Shown in pieces: positions 27,153 to 40,593 of a stretch of 64,000 nucleotides of DNA. Under the pieces are notes generated by a model, which did not search any database, was not told where the DNA came from, and saw only the letters and a list, made by a program, of their open reading frames with translations. Made by a program: the position numbers and the translations under genes. The first letter of the stretch is position 1. Each line of letters opens with the position of its first letter. The DNA is from Eledone cirrhosa (lineage: Eukaryota). The stretch covers positions 213,652,001-213,716,000 of the forward strand of contig OZ024740.1 of NCBI GenBank assembly GCA_964016885.1, given 5' to 3'.

Positions 27153-30100
27153 ATGACCTCACTCAGAATAGGCAGCATAAATGCGCGTGGCTTGGGGTTG
27201 TCATGGAAGCAGTGCCACCTGCTCAACGACCTCAGGTTACTAAACATAGATGTAGTGGCCATCAGCGAGACCAGAATCTCCGAAGCACGGGCCTTCGCAC
27301 CGATCTTCGGCGTCTACGATGTGTACGCATCTCCCAGCCGTCCGGGATCGGGGGGAGGAGTTGCTGTGCTTTTTCGGAGATGTTTGGATCTTGCCATACG
27401 GGCCATCTTCCTGGACCCAGAAGGTAAGTTGGTGGTGCTGGACGTGACCAGCGGAGACGGGAAAGCTTTCAGGTTAGTGGCCGTCTATGCCGCGACAGGA
27501 GCAGGGCGGCCTGATTTCTTCCGGCGTCTGGAGACCTTTCTTGGAACGTCCCGCTCTTTAGTGTTAGTGGGCGACTGGAACGGGATCTTAGATGCACGCA
27601 GGGACTGTGTGGGATTAGTGGATAGGGGAGGAGGGTGCAAGAGTCTCACCAACCTGCTCAGGCGTTTTGAACTGTCTGACAGGTACCGATTGGATTTCCC
27701 GAATGTGCCAATGTGGACTTGGACAAATCGCATAGGGTCATCCAGATCATATCTAGATAGAGTATTTTGTAGGGAAATAGATAGGTCTAGCATAGGCTGT
27801 CCACAATTCAAGATAGTCAGCTACACGGACCACAAATTCGTGATCTGTGTGCTTGACTTAGATAGGCTTCATAGACGAGGACCCGGCTACTGGAAGCTAA
27901 ACGCGTCCTTACCAGCGCGCAAGGACTACAGAGACCGGATTAGCGAACTAGTTAAGCGGATGTTGACGGGGGCCATCGTCAACAACAACTGGTGGTTTGC
28001 TCTGAAAAGAGCAATTAGAATAGAGTCCATTAGGTTTAGTAAGGCTTTAGCAATAGAGAAAAATAGAGCAGAGGGAGAATTAGTTAGAAAATTAGACGAG
28101 GCGCTTAGCAAAGGCATCGCGACCGACGTACTTGCGGCGAAATTGGCCCTTGACCAATTCTTCAATGCAAAGCACGAAGGCTGGGTTGTCAGAGCTAGGG
28201 TACGTGCTCTCAGACACGAGGGGACGAAAGCCGTTCAATGGGCCCGAGTGGCGGAGGCGCGTCCTGGCAACAAAGCCACGATCCGGTCTTTGGTGAACCA
28301 CAACGGGCGCATGCTACTCGATCCCGGGCAAATGTGTGAAGCTTTTCAGCGACACTTCGCACAGCTGTTCGGGGGAAGCGGCGGGCCGGATCGAGGGATG
28401 GATTTTAGTGTCTACCTCGACGGACTGCCGCGGCTCTCGGCCACTGAGGCGGAGTGTTGCGAAAAGCCGATAACAGCCGCTGAAGTACGGGAGGCAATGA
28501 CTGGCTGCACAAGGGGTAAATCGCCTGGTTTGGATGGTCTGCCCTATGAACTTTACGTACAAATGCCAGACTTGTTCGGAGGCCTCTTGGCGGACGTCTA
28601 CTGCAACTGGCAACAGAACGGGAGAATTCCCAGCTCTGTGAGCCGAGAAGCGGTGGCGCTGCTGAGAAAGGATCCGAACAAGGGGGATAACAGATAATTT
28701 CAGGCCCATAACTCTGCTAAACACAGAGTTCAAGATTTTGGCCAAGGTGCTACCAAAGAGGTTGGCGCTTGTCGTTGGTGGTCTGGTGGGAGAGGCGCAG
28801 ACATGCGCCATTCCCGACAGATCCATCCACGACAACCTCCACCTCATGCGATACATCGTAGAGAGGGTAGCTAGGGAACCTGGCACGGGTGGGTCCTTGA
28901 TCAATTTAGATCAGTCGAAAGCTTTCGATAGGGTCGACCATCGTTACCTAGCGGCAGTCCTGAGGGCGGCTGGCTTTGGGCCCGTCTTCAGAGGCTGGAT
29001 CGCTGCCATGCACAGCGACATCTGCTCTGTGGTGAGAGTGAACGGTCACCTTTCGGAACCGTTCAACATCATGCGCTCGGTCCGCCAAGGATGTCCCCTC
29101 TCGTCCCTCTTGTACGTATTGACTCTCGAGCCATTACTGCACAAACTGGAGACGTTGAGGGGCGTCCCGCGCGAACTAGGATGCGGAAGATCCGTGTCAG
29201 CATATGCGGACGATGTCACCGTAGTGGTGTCGAACGCCAAACACATCGAGGCGATCGGCACTACACTAAGAGAATACGAAGCGGTGACAGGAGCAATAAT
29301 CAACCAGGAAAAGTCAGTGGGCCTGCAGCTCAGCACCTGGAGAGGCAGTACATGCCGTCCAACAGCGTCGTCGGGCGCTGGACGGATCGGTTAAATTGCT
29401 AGGGGTCTGGTTCGGTCGGGACCTCCAGACGGACAAAAACTGGGACGAGGTGACGAGCAGGGTGGCTTCTCTCACCCAGAAATGGGCAGAGAGGAAGCTA
29501 TCTCTGAAAGGTCGAGCGGAGGTGGCTAACGCGTACATCGCGTCTGTCATCTGCTACCGCCTGACCGTCGTACCTTGTCCTAAGCCCCGCCTGACTGCGC
29601 TGGAGCGTTTTCTCTTTCGCTTTTTGTGGAAGGGACGCGCTCCGATGGTCAGGCGGTCCATCTGCTGTCAACACCCGCTACGCGGTGGGCTGGGCATGCC
29701 GTGGCTGATGATGCGCAGACACGCGCTCAGGCTACGACATCTCCACCTCTTCCTCGACGGTGATCAGGCGTGGTTGCCGTTTGCTAGACGCGTCTTTCCC
29801 CAGCTCGTTTCCTTGACGGAGCTGCAGTTCTGGGTCAAGCGAAGACCGAGAGGGAGCGCTTGGAGACTGGAATGCCTTCAGGCGCTCACAGCCCTCGACC
29901 AATCGGGCAATGTGATCGGTGGAAACTCCACCTTGGCGTTCTATAGAGGATTAGTGGAGGGGAAGAGCGACGACGTACTTGGAGAAACTCTAGGCGTCGA
30001 CGAAAATCAACTAGCCAATCTCTTCGGAAGGACTTTCGGGCCGGGGCCTATGGACAACTTCCAGAAATCCTTGGCCTGGCAGTGCTACCGAGGAGCTTTG

Positions 30101-30565
30101 CCAGTTCGGGATAAACTCTACAGGCATGGAGGTGCCGTCAGCCGGGCATGTCCGAGATGCGCGCAGGGCGACGAAACCGTCCTGCACGCACTTGTCCAGT
30201 GTCCGAGCATTGCTGACTTGTGGGTTTATGTCGAACACCTGCTGTCACGTGTAGGGCGGATCCAGCTATCAGCTGAGTCCATCGTGAGGATTGCCCCGCC
30301 CTCTTCCTTTAGCCGGGAAGGGCAGGCAGTTTTTATCTGTCTGGTGGCCATGGCGAAAGAGATAGTATGGTGGACACGTTTGAAAGGGCTGAAGACGAGC
30401 ACTTACCTCTTCGGTGATGCCCTGATTAACTTTTTCAAATTTCATTTGAAAAGGAAAATCAGGGTAGAGAGGGAAGTGCTCTCTTCCCAGCATTTTGTTG
30501 AAAGATGGGTGAGAGAAGCAAGTATGGCCCGAGTGAATGGGCCTACTCTGAGTATCTGTCTGTAA
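27153..30565 (+). pseudogene. Tx1 ORF2 of copy D (APE-RT-CCHC), frameshifted near 28690 and 29350-29395
   Basis: ORFs 27153-28697, 28738-29394 (YADD) and 29396-30565. Confidence 0.92.
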
Positions 30566-30815
30566 ATTAAAGGTGGAAAACTGGGAGAGGGCACTTGCCC
30601 TAGTGGTCAGGGTCACTGTGGCCTTTTAATGGGCTTTCTCCACAAATGTCCCTCGGAAGTCTCCTCCCTATCGGGGAATTTTTTTCATTGTTCTATTATT
30701 TCATCCTCTGTTTCTTGTTTTTTACACGCAGAAATGCCCATTTGTACCGCCCTGTATTGTCCTGTACTGTCCTTAATGTCTACTTTATGTAGACCCTTGT
30801 GGTTAATAAAGAAAG

Positions 30816-30876
<61 letters not shown>

Positions 30877-33800
30877 GAAGGTGAAGTCACGCTTCTTATC
30901 GGCTTACCGTACGTAACCTTTTATTCAAGTTTTAAACTTGATAAAAGTTTAGAAGAAGTGACCCACCTAATACAGGGGTTCACTCGTAAATAATACGGCA
31001 CCCCTTTATGGGGTGTAGTATTATGTAAAACATTATTTAAAAAAAAAATTTCTTTCAACATGGATAACACAAGAAAGAGAGAGAGCGCTGTCAGAGGGAG
31101 ACTGTTAAAGACAGCGTTCTAGCGAAGGTAAATATAAAAGAAAATATTACGAAGGAAAAGAGGAACAATATCATTTTTAATGATATTGTTTCAGATTTAA
31201 AAATACCAAATATTTCTAACACAAACAACACCAACAATAACACCAACAACACCAACAATAACAACAGCAGCAACAAAAAAACAGCGGTAAGGTCGAGAAA
31301 GACAATAAGAATGACAATAACAACAGCCACAACAACAATAATAGTGGGAACAGTATCAACAAAAACAACAATAATAACAACAGCCACAATAACAGTAACA
31401 ACAGCAACAGTATCAACAACAATAACAACAGCCACAACAACAGTAACAGCAACAACAGTACCAACGAAAACAACAACAATGACATCAATACCAGTAACAG
31501 CGATCTCAGCACCACCAGTAAGACCAGTAGCGGCAGCAATAGTGGTGCCGCTGAAAAAGGAGCCACTTCTTTTGCAGGTGTGGCCCGAAATATCGAAACA
31601 GTGTTAGTCACAGAGGAGGAGATGGCAGTCGCAAGGGCCATGGTGACAAGAAACGCCAAAAGAGTTTCCCTGAAACCTCCACCCGATTTTTCCAAGGACC
31701 AGCAGCTACGGACAGTGACTTACCGCATCGTAAGCAAAATTCCACATCGGGTGGAGAGAGCCACGGAGGCTCAAATCCAAAAGGCCTTGGGGTGCGTCTG
31801 GGGCGCACAAAACCCACATCACCCGAGGCAGAAAGTATGCCACAGTAGACGTACTTTTCGCCCCCCCCCCTCCAAGAGGCGAAGTCTCACTCTTTGGAAA
31901 CCTTAAAGAGTGAGGAGATAGTCTTGGTACCCTCCTACTGCGGGCAGAAAATTGTGAGAGTCAAAGTGACCCAGGTCCCACACGACATGCCCATACCTTG
32001 GTTGGCCACGCCTGTCCTTGCTGGAATCGAGGACAGGACGACCACGCTGCAAGTAGAGAAAATAGGGAGAGAAAACTAGTCAGGTATAGGCATGCAAATG
32101 CTAATACAAAATGACCAGGAGTGAATCGACGCTATCCCCGATATCATAGACCCCGAGGAAGGACTCCAACTCCCTATAAGCGTGGAAGGAAGACACCCAA
32201 AATGTTATCTCTGTGGGTCAAAGGGTCACCTCAGGGCCTTTTGCCCGCAGAAGACAACGAAGAAGGCCCCCTCCTTCCAATGCCTGGTCCGCTGCTACCA
32301 AGAGTAAGGCAGGAAACAAATGCAGAAGACCCTTCCACGGTGAGAAGGAGGGCAACGTCCGTGGTACCCATACCAAGGCGACGGACAACTAAAACAGCAG
32401 CAGCAGTGGCGGCAACACCAGTAGTTACATTTGCAGTAGCTGCACCAGCAACAAAATCGCCGGAGAGGGGCTCCACTACCACCACCAACAGCCGTGGAGC
32501 ACATACCCCGTCCTTACTTAGAATAGGCAGTATAAATATACGTGGCCTGGGGTCATCTTGGAAGCAGGGCCACCTGCTTAACGATCTCAGGTCACTAAAC
32601 ATAGATGTGGTGGCCATCAACGAAACCAGAATTTCCAAAGCACGAGACTTCGCACCGATCCTCGGCGACTACGATGTATACGCATCACCCAACCGTCCGG
32701 GAGCGGGGGGCGGAGTTGCTGTGTTTTTTTCGGAGAGGCTTGGATCTCGCCATACGGACCATCTTCCTGGACCCAGAAGGTAAGTCGGTGGTACTGGGCG
32801 TGACAGGCAGCGAAGGCAATTCTTTCAAGCTAGTAGTCGTCTACGCCCCAACAGGGGCAGGACGGCCAAATTTCTTCAGACGTCTAGAGACTTTTCTTGG
32901 AACGTCCCGCTCTTTAGTGTTAGTATCTTAGATGCACGCTGGGATTATGTGGGGCTAGTAAATAAGGGAGGATGTAAAAGCCTCACTAACCTGCTTAGAC
33001 CTTTTCAACTGTCTGACAGGTATCGACTGGATTATCCGAATGTGCCAATGTGGACATGGGCAAACTGCATCGGGTCATCCAGATTGTATCTACATAAGGT
33101 ATTGTGTAGGGAAACAGATAAGGCTAGCGTAGGCTGGTCACAATTTAAAGTAGTCGACTACACGAACCACAAATTTGTGATCTATGAAATCGACTTAGAT
33201 AGATTTCATAGGCAAGGACCCGGTTACTGGTAGCTGAACGCGTCTTTCCCGGCGCGCAAAGCTTACAGAGGCCGGATAAGCGAATTAGTTAAGCGTGCGT
33301 TGACGGGTGCGATCGTCAACAACTGGTGGTGGCTTACCCTGAAAAGGGCAGTTAGAGTAGAATCAATAAGGTTTAGCAAAGGAGTAAATATAGAGGAAAA
33401 TAGAGTAGAAGGAGAGCCAGTTAGAAAGCTAGAAGAGGCGTTTAGGACAGCCATCGCAACTAACGTGTTTGCGGCAAGATTGGCACTCGACCAATTCTTC
33501 AATGCAAAGCACGAAGGCTGCGTTGTCAGAGCTAGAACGCGTGATCTGAGACAAGAGGGGACAAAAAGTGTCCAATGGGTCCGGGTGGTGGAGGCGCGAC
33601 ATGGAAACAAATCCACAATTCAATCCTTGCCTGACCAAAACGGGCACATGTTACTCGAACCCGAGCAGATTTGTGAGGCTTTTCAGCAGCATTTTGCTCA
33701 ATTATTTGGGAGCGGCGGCGGGCCAGATCGGAGTATGAACTTCAGTGCATAACTCTCGACGACCGCAATGCAGTATTGCGAAAAGCCGAAAACAGCAGGC

Positions 33801-35452
33801 GAAATACGGGAAGCGATGTCTGACTGCCCGAGGGGTAAATCGCCAGGTTTGGATGGTTTGCCCTACGAGCTTTATGCGTACATGCCAGACTTGTTCGGCA
33901 ACCTCTTGGCAGACGCCTACTGCAACTGGCAGCAGAACGGGAGCATTCCCAGTTTTGTAAGCCGAGGAGCGGTGGCGCTGTTGAGAAAAGACCCGAACAA
34001 AGGGGACGTTATAGACAACTTCAGGCCCATAACTCTGCTAAACACAGATTTCAAGATTTTGGCCAAGGTGTTAGCAACGAGACTGGCGCTTGTCGTCGGT
34101 AATCTGGTAGGAGAGTGGCTGACATGCGCCATTCCAGACAGATCCATCCACGACAACCTCCACCTCATACGATACATCATAGAGAGGGTGGTTAAGGAAC
34201 CTGGCACGAGTGGGGCCCTGATCAACTTAGATCAATCTAAGGCATTTGATAGGGTCGACCATCGGTACCTGGCGGCTATCCTCGAGGCGGCTGGTATCGG
34301 GCCTATTTTCAGGGGTTGGATCGCTGCGATGCACAGCGACATCTGCTCAGTTGTGAAGGTGAACGGTCATCTGTCACAGCCGTTCAGCATCATGCGCTCG
34401 GTCCGTCAGGGTTGTCCCCTCTCGTCACTCTTGTATGTATTGGACCCAGAGCCGTTACTGCACAAATTGGAGGCGATGAGAGACGTGCCACGCGAACTGG
34501 GATGTGGGAGATCTATATTGGCTTACGCCGACGACGTAACCGTGGTTGTGTCAAACACCGGACATGCCCAGATACTCGGCACCGCTCTCAAGGAATATGA
34601 AGCAGTGGCAGGAGCAAATTTAAACCAGTAAAAGTCGGTGGGCTTGCAGCACGGCACCTGGAGAGGCAAGTCCATGCCGCCTGACAGCGTCGTGGGGCGC
34701 TGGACGGAAGGACCGGTTAAATTGCTCGGGATCTGGTTCGGTCCGGACCTCCGGATGGAGAAAAACTGGAGCGAGGTGACGAACAGGGTGGCCTCTCTCA
34801 CCCAGAAATGGGCCGGGAGGAAGCTGTTCCTGAAAGGTCAGGCAGAGGAGGCGAATGCGTTCATCGCATCCGTCATCTGCTACCGCCTAACTGTTGTGCC
34901 CTGCCCCGGCCCAACTCTGACAAAAATGGAGCGCCTCCTCTTCCGCTTTTTATGGAAGGGACGTGCTCCCATGGTCAGACGATCCATCTGCTGTCAACAC
35001 CCGTTGCATGAAGGGCTGGGCATGCCGTGGCTGATGCACAAACACGCGCTGAGGCTGCGACATCTCTGGTGCTTCCTTGACGGTGAACAGGTGTGGTCGC
35101 CGTTTGCCAGACTCGTTTTCCCCCAGCTTGTCTCATTAACGGAGCTGCAGTCCTGGATCAGGAAAAGACCGAGGGATAGCGCTTGGAAGCTGGAATGTCT
35201 CCAAGCGCTCACAGCCTTCTATCAGCTGGACACTAGTATCGGTGGAACATCCACCTCGGCGTTTTATAGAGGACTAGTGGAGGGGAAGAGTGACGACGTT
35301 CTCGGAGATACCGTGGGCGACGAAGACGATCAGCTGTTCGCTCTCTTCAAGAGAACTTTCAGCCCAAGGCCTATGGATAACTTCCAGAAATCCCTAGCCT
35401 GGCAATGCTACCTGGGAGCGTTGCCGGTTCGAGATAAGCTCTACAGGCACGG
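30877..35452 (+). mobile_element. Tx1 copy E, decayed, shortened ORF1 and missing 3' end
   Basis: CYLCGSKGHLRAFC knuckle near 32203-32244; APE from ~32520; RT 33768-34631 (YADD); breaks off after DKLYRHG. Confidence 0.9.
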
Positions 35453-35459
35453 AAGAATA

Positions 35460-37138
35460 TCATAATAATAGTAATAGTACTCCCGACGTCATTGTAAACC
35501 CTAGGCTAATTTCTGCAAACCCAAATACAACGTCAATCACAACTTCGCTAAATGTTCTTAATCCCATTCTAAATCAAGAAACTATTATTCCTATCGCAAA
35601 TAACTTCTCCAATCCAATTCCTTCTATAGATAACACTAGGTCACTCGTTAATAATCTATCTAATCACAATTGCAATTGCCCTGTTAAAAATAAATGTCCT
35701 CTCAACAACCATTGTCTTGATAAAAACTTAATTTACGAATGTAAAGTTATAACTGACACCAATTCCTTCACCTATTTTGGCTCCACTTCCACCTCCTTTA
35801 AAGCTCATCTTTATAACCATCATTCGTCTTTTAAATACAAACTTAAAAGAACCAACACGGCTCTCTCAGAACTCATATGGTCCTTGAAAGACAAAAATAT
35901 TAAATATAGCATCTTTTGGAAGAAGGTTTCTTCTGCGTTTTCATACTTGAACAGTTCTCTATCCAAGATTTGCAATCTCTGTCTAAATGAAAAATTTACC
36001 ATTATATCTAATTTAGATTCTATAATAAATAGACGCACTGACTTGTTTTCTCTCTGCTGGCATAAATTCCACAAAACATTCCACAAAGTATACAGCTAAT
36101 ATCCAAAACTTTATCAATTTAGAATCTTTTTCTCAAAGGCACATATATATATATATACTTCTTTAAAAATATACCCATCTTTCTACCTTATTTCAAAGTT
36201 ATTTATTATACATTATATAATACTTGTTACTCATTCTATATCACTCCTATTTATCACTTCCCTTTCTTCTCTTTTTCTTTTAATGTCTAACCCCTAATCT
36301 GTACCTTTTTTCACTGTTGCCTAACATAGAAACAATTATTACATAATACAATACATTCTTACTCTATATCACCTTGTAAAAATCCTTCGTAAACATAAAC
36401 ATTTTTTTGACGTTAGATTATTCATCCTCAATTCATTATTTTTTCTCCCTTTCATCTAACTTACTCATGCTCATCTCACAATATATCCTTACTTACATTA
36501 CTTGTTGTTCTTTTTAATAATACATATCAACATTTTCTTTCCATCGCACATATTATTAAACCCTTAAATATTATTATTAATACATATTAACTTTTTCTTT
36601 CCATCGCACATATTATTAAACCCTTAAATATTATTCTTAATACATATTAACATTTTCTTTTCATCGCACATATTATTAAACCCTTCAATATACAAACCTT
36701 AACTTTACATTATTTTTCTCTTCGTTAATTTTCAAATTCTTTTAATTTATACATTATCTTCCAACGGTTTTCAACCTCTCTGTGTAAAACAATATATTTT
36801 TCTCAGTTATAAAAGCTATATCTCTCTCTCTATCACCCATCTCTCCTCCTATCTCATCCTTCCTCATTATACTCCTCCCTCTCCACTTTTTACTCTCATC
36901 TCCTCCTCTTTTTCATGCCCCCCCCCCCCCCAAAAAAAAAATTTCCCAATATCACACATCAATCTAAAACTGCTTTTCATATGTTGATTTAAAACTGCAC
37001 TATCCACAAGTGTTTTTTAACCTTCATATCATGTCTTCCTATTTTATCTGATGAAAACACAAATATTATTGCATGATGATATTTGTTTTTGAAATGCGCA
37101 TAATAAAATACATGGAACTCTTTTAACCATCTTTTGTT

Positions 37139-37140
<2 letters not shown>
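35460..37140 (+). mobile_element. Naiad-like Penelope element 3' part: GIY-YIG (~35665-36099), AT-rich UTR with ~61-bp repeats, terminal HHR
   Basis: CNCPVKNKCPLNNHC...LIYECKV...YFGSTSTSFK...TALSELIWSLK...CNLCLNEK...NRRTDL..CWHK. Confidence 0.8.
37040..37110 (+). ncRNA. type-I hammerhead ribozyme motif, sister of 2771-2841
   Basis: TATTTTAT-CTGATGA-stem II-GAAAT-GCGC-ATA-ATAAAATA. Confidence 0.8.
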
Positions 37141-37205
<65 letters not shown>

Positions 37206-37259
37206 CGTTTCTGAATTTGTTTAGCAAGATTCTTTATCTGAAAACGTGTGTTGAAACCG

Positions 37260-37330
37260 ATATTGTTATACTTTGGGAGGGTCATGTTGCCAATAAATTG
37301 GCAACATGACCCTCCCAAAGTATAACAATA
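37260..37330. repeat. perfect hairpin of the family X terminus
   Basis: ATATTGTTATACTTTGGGAGGGTCATGTTGCCAAT followed directly by its reverse complement. Confidence 0.9.
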
Positions 37331-37460
37331 TATATATATATATATATATGTATATGTTGTAGTGTGAAAAGGCAGCCCCCTTTTCACGTTACAACAGTTA
37401 TTTTACAGGCAGTCCTCGGATCGAATTTTCATTTTACAACTTGCTATATATATATATATT

Positions 37461-37500
37461 ACGAGCTGAGGATCCGTTAAGGTGAAACAATTGTTCTCGG
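37461..37500 (+). ncRNA. minimal type-I hammerhead motif next to (TA)n
   Basis: CGAG-CTGAGGA-TCCGTTAAGGT-GAAAC-AATT-GTT-CTCG. Confidence 0.7.
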
Positions 37501-37599
37501 TATGGTGAACTAACTGTTGTGTAACCACTTCTACCTAACTCGTCCCATGGACTGAGTGCTCTACCACTACGTATATTACCTTCCAGTGTTCTACCACTA

Positions 37600-39495
37600 T
37601 ATATATTCTCCTTCTTCTGCTCCTTCCCCCCCCCCCATTTCACCACCTCTATCTCCTCCACCCACGTCCACTTCTTAGACATCTCCGTCGCCATCGACCC
37701 CTCCCACCACTCCCTCGTCACCTCCGCCTTCTTCAAACCCACCGACTCCCACTCCTACCTCCACTTCACCTCCTCCCGCCCCACACACACACTAAACACT
37801 CTATTCCCTACTACCAACTCCTCAGGATCCGCCGCCTCTGCAGCCGAGATGCTGACTTTGAGTCCCAAGCTCTTTCCCTAGTCAGCCATTTCATCCGCAG
37901 ATGTTTCCCCCCTCCCTCGTCCACACCGCCCTCACTCGCGCCCGTACTGGCCACCGCTCCACCACCCTCACCCCACGCCACCGCACACCCACCCACCGTC
38001 TCCCCTCCCCCATCACCTACCACCCCTCCACCGCACCATCCTCCGCCTCTTCCGACGCCTCCAGTCCGACCCCTCCACCTCCCACGTCTTCCCATCTCCA
38101 CCACTCCCCTCCTTCAAACTCGCACGCAATCTCCGCACCCTCCTCGTCCGCAGCTCCCTACCCCCAACCCACGCTCCCCCCGGCTCCCTTCCCTGTTCCA
38201 GGCTTCGTTGCAACACCTGCCCCCACATCACTAACACCACCACCTTCCAGGGTCCCAACGACCACTCTCTCTCTGTCCGGCACGCCTTCCGCTGCACCTC
38301 CTCCAACCTAGTCTATGGACTTCGCTGCACGGAGTGTAGCGCAACCTACGTCGGACAGACTGGACGTCGCCTGGCGGACCGTTTCACCGAGCACCTCCGG
38401 GATATTCGTCTCGGCGGGAGTTCCCCCATCGCCCGCCACTTTGGCTCGCCTGGACATTCCGCGCACCACCTCACAGTCTGTGGCCTACTCCAATTCCACG
38501 GAACACCCGCCACCTGCCTCAGGGTCGAACAATGCACCATCTTCACCCTACAGACCTACACCCCTCCCCCCCGATCTGAACTCCCCACTCCTATTCCTTT
38601 AGCCTTCGACCGCCTTGTTCCACCCCCACACATATCTCCCACTAAGACCACTAACACACTCCTCCTTTTCACCGCCCACCCCACAACTAACAATACTAAC
38701 ACCCCTCCCCCACCCCGACCACCCTCCCCCAACTAACAATACTAACACCCCCTCTATCACGCACACACCCACCGGTACATATACACACGCACTCACACTA
38801 TCCACACACCCTACTACCACCACTAACCCTCACCCACACATCCACTCTCACCACCCCACAACTAATACCACTAACATCCCCCCCGACCCCACGCACACGA
38901 ACACACCCACCCACCCACACCCACTTACACCACCCACTCTACACACACTACCACCACTGACCCCTTCAAACACCCGCATTCTGACTTTCTCCACCTGCCA
39001 TTCTCCTCTACTGCTGCTATGCCTTGACCCTCTGACCACTTCTCCGCACACACAGACACACAGCCCTCTCCACCTGTCATTCTCCTCTACCCTCCTCCTG
39101 CCTTGACCCTCTGACCACTTCCTGTTGCGCGCGCACCCCACATCTCCCCTCTTCCGACCAACACACCATTGGCCATCGTTCCCACCATCAACTCCATCAC
39201 AAGGAAAATATCCGGCACTCACCACACCCTCTACGGAACTACCTTAGGAACTTACCCACGGACATACACTCACAAAAATTATTTTTCGAACCACGCCACC
39301 TACATCTACAATATGTATAAACACCACACACACGTGCGTACCCCCACATATATAAACACTCAGCCTCCGGAATTCCCCTCCACACCCCTCAAACCCCTCA
39401 CCATCCACACGCGCACACACACACCGACCTACACCCCACCCTACACACACCTTTTCCTGAACATGGAACCTCGTTCTTCCCCCAACTCTCACATT

Positions 39496-39532
<37 letters not shown>

Positions 39533-39899
39533 GTACACCTACACACATACACCACCTTCAGCCCTCCTCGCTCGGACACCCCGCCTCCCTATCCCCACTC
39601 CACGCGCCACCACCCCTACACGCCCCACACCCTTCTACCACTTGTTTATTTTCATGTTTATTTTTATTTATATCATTTTTTATATTTATTTTTATTTGTA
39701 CCCCTTCCACCGTCCCCCCCCCCTTTTTTCTAAACGTCTCTCCTCCACCCCCCTACACACCCTCGGAACTCTCTTCCCACACACTTTTCGCCTGAAGAAG
39801 GGCTTATTCCCGAAACGTCGCCCCCCCCTCACTCTCAAGAGCGTGAAACTAATAAACCTTTGTTCGTACTGCCTCTCTGTTTTGTTCCCGTTCCATTTT

Positions 39900-39905
<6 letters not shown>
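37600..39905 (+). mobile_element. Neptune-like Penelope element, 5'-truncated: RT thumb, GIY-YIG, long C/A-rich UTR, HHR
   Basis: VHFLDISV, FKPTDSHSYLHFTS, SIPYYQLLRIRRLCS; FRCTSSNLVYGLRCTECSATYVGQTGRRLADRFTEH near 38285-38400. Confidence 0.85.
39788..39822 (+). ncRNA. minimal hammerhead motif
   Basis: CTGAAGA-AGGGCTTATTCCC-GAAAC-GTC; weak stem I. Confidence 0.6.
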
Positions 39906-39993
<88 letters not shown>

Positions 39994-40017
39994 GATATAT
40001 ATATATATAGACTGTTA

Positions 40018-40066
<49 letters not shown>

Positions 40067-40207
40067 CGATACATATAGTTAGATGCCATAAGCTGGTGCA
40101 TTTGTGCTCAATACTTGTGCCTACAGGGTTAATATAGGAAGCGTTAATATTTAGCGGGCGAGAATATAAGCAGAGCGGTTACAAATGAAAGGATTACAAA
40201 GGAGAAT

Positions 40208-40280
40208 ACAGACTGTTAGAACATGTTTATACAAAAGCACATACTTACGTGCTTTTGTATAAACATATTCTAACAGTCTC

Positions 40281-40322
<42 letters not shown>

Positions 40323-40342
40323 CAGAGAGAGAGAGACTGTTA

Positions 40343-40382
<40 letters not shown>

Positions 40383-40533
40383 TAACAGTCTATATATATA
40401 TATATATATTCTAACAGTCTATATATATATATTCTAACAGTTTATATATATATATTCTAACAGTCTCTATATATATATATTCTAACAGTCTATATATATA
40501 TATTCTAACAGTTTATATATATATATTCTAACA

Positions 40534-40540
<7 letters not shown>
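40208..40540. repeat. hairpin plus reiterated TTCTAACAGT(C/T)-(TA)n units
   Basis: hairpin ~40208-40280; seven units at ~40380-40537. Confidence 0.85.

Positions 40541-40591
<51 letters not shown>

Positions 40592-40593
<2 letters not shown>

Larger units (their letters stand above)
24957..30876 (+). mobile_element. near full-length Tx1 copy D, (ATT)n on both sides
   Basis: 5' UTR, ORF1, ORF2, 3' UTR, AATAAA, (ATT)n. Confidence 0.92.

Noticed and set aside
30877-30920. U2 snRNA-like target at the 5' end of copy E
   Set aside because: Only a few bases (CGCTTCT..CGGC) resemble U2; the actual flank is (ATT)n
35660-36200. Selenoprotein-type Naiad (TGA in the zinc finger plus SECIS)
   Set aside because: The finger cysteines are TGC/TGT and no convincing SECIS is visible in the surviving fragment
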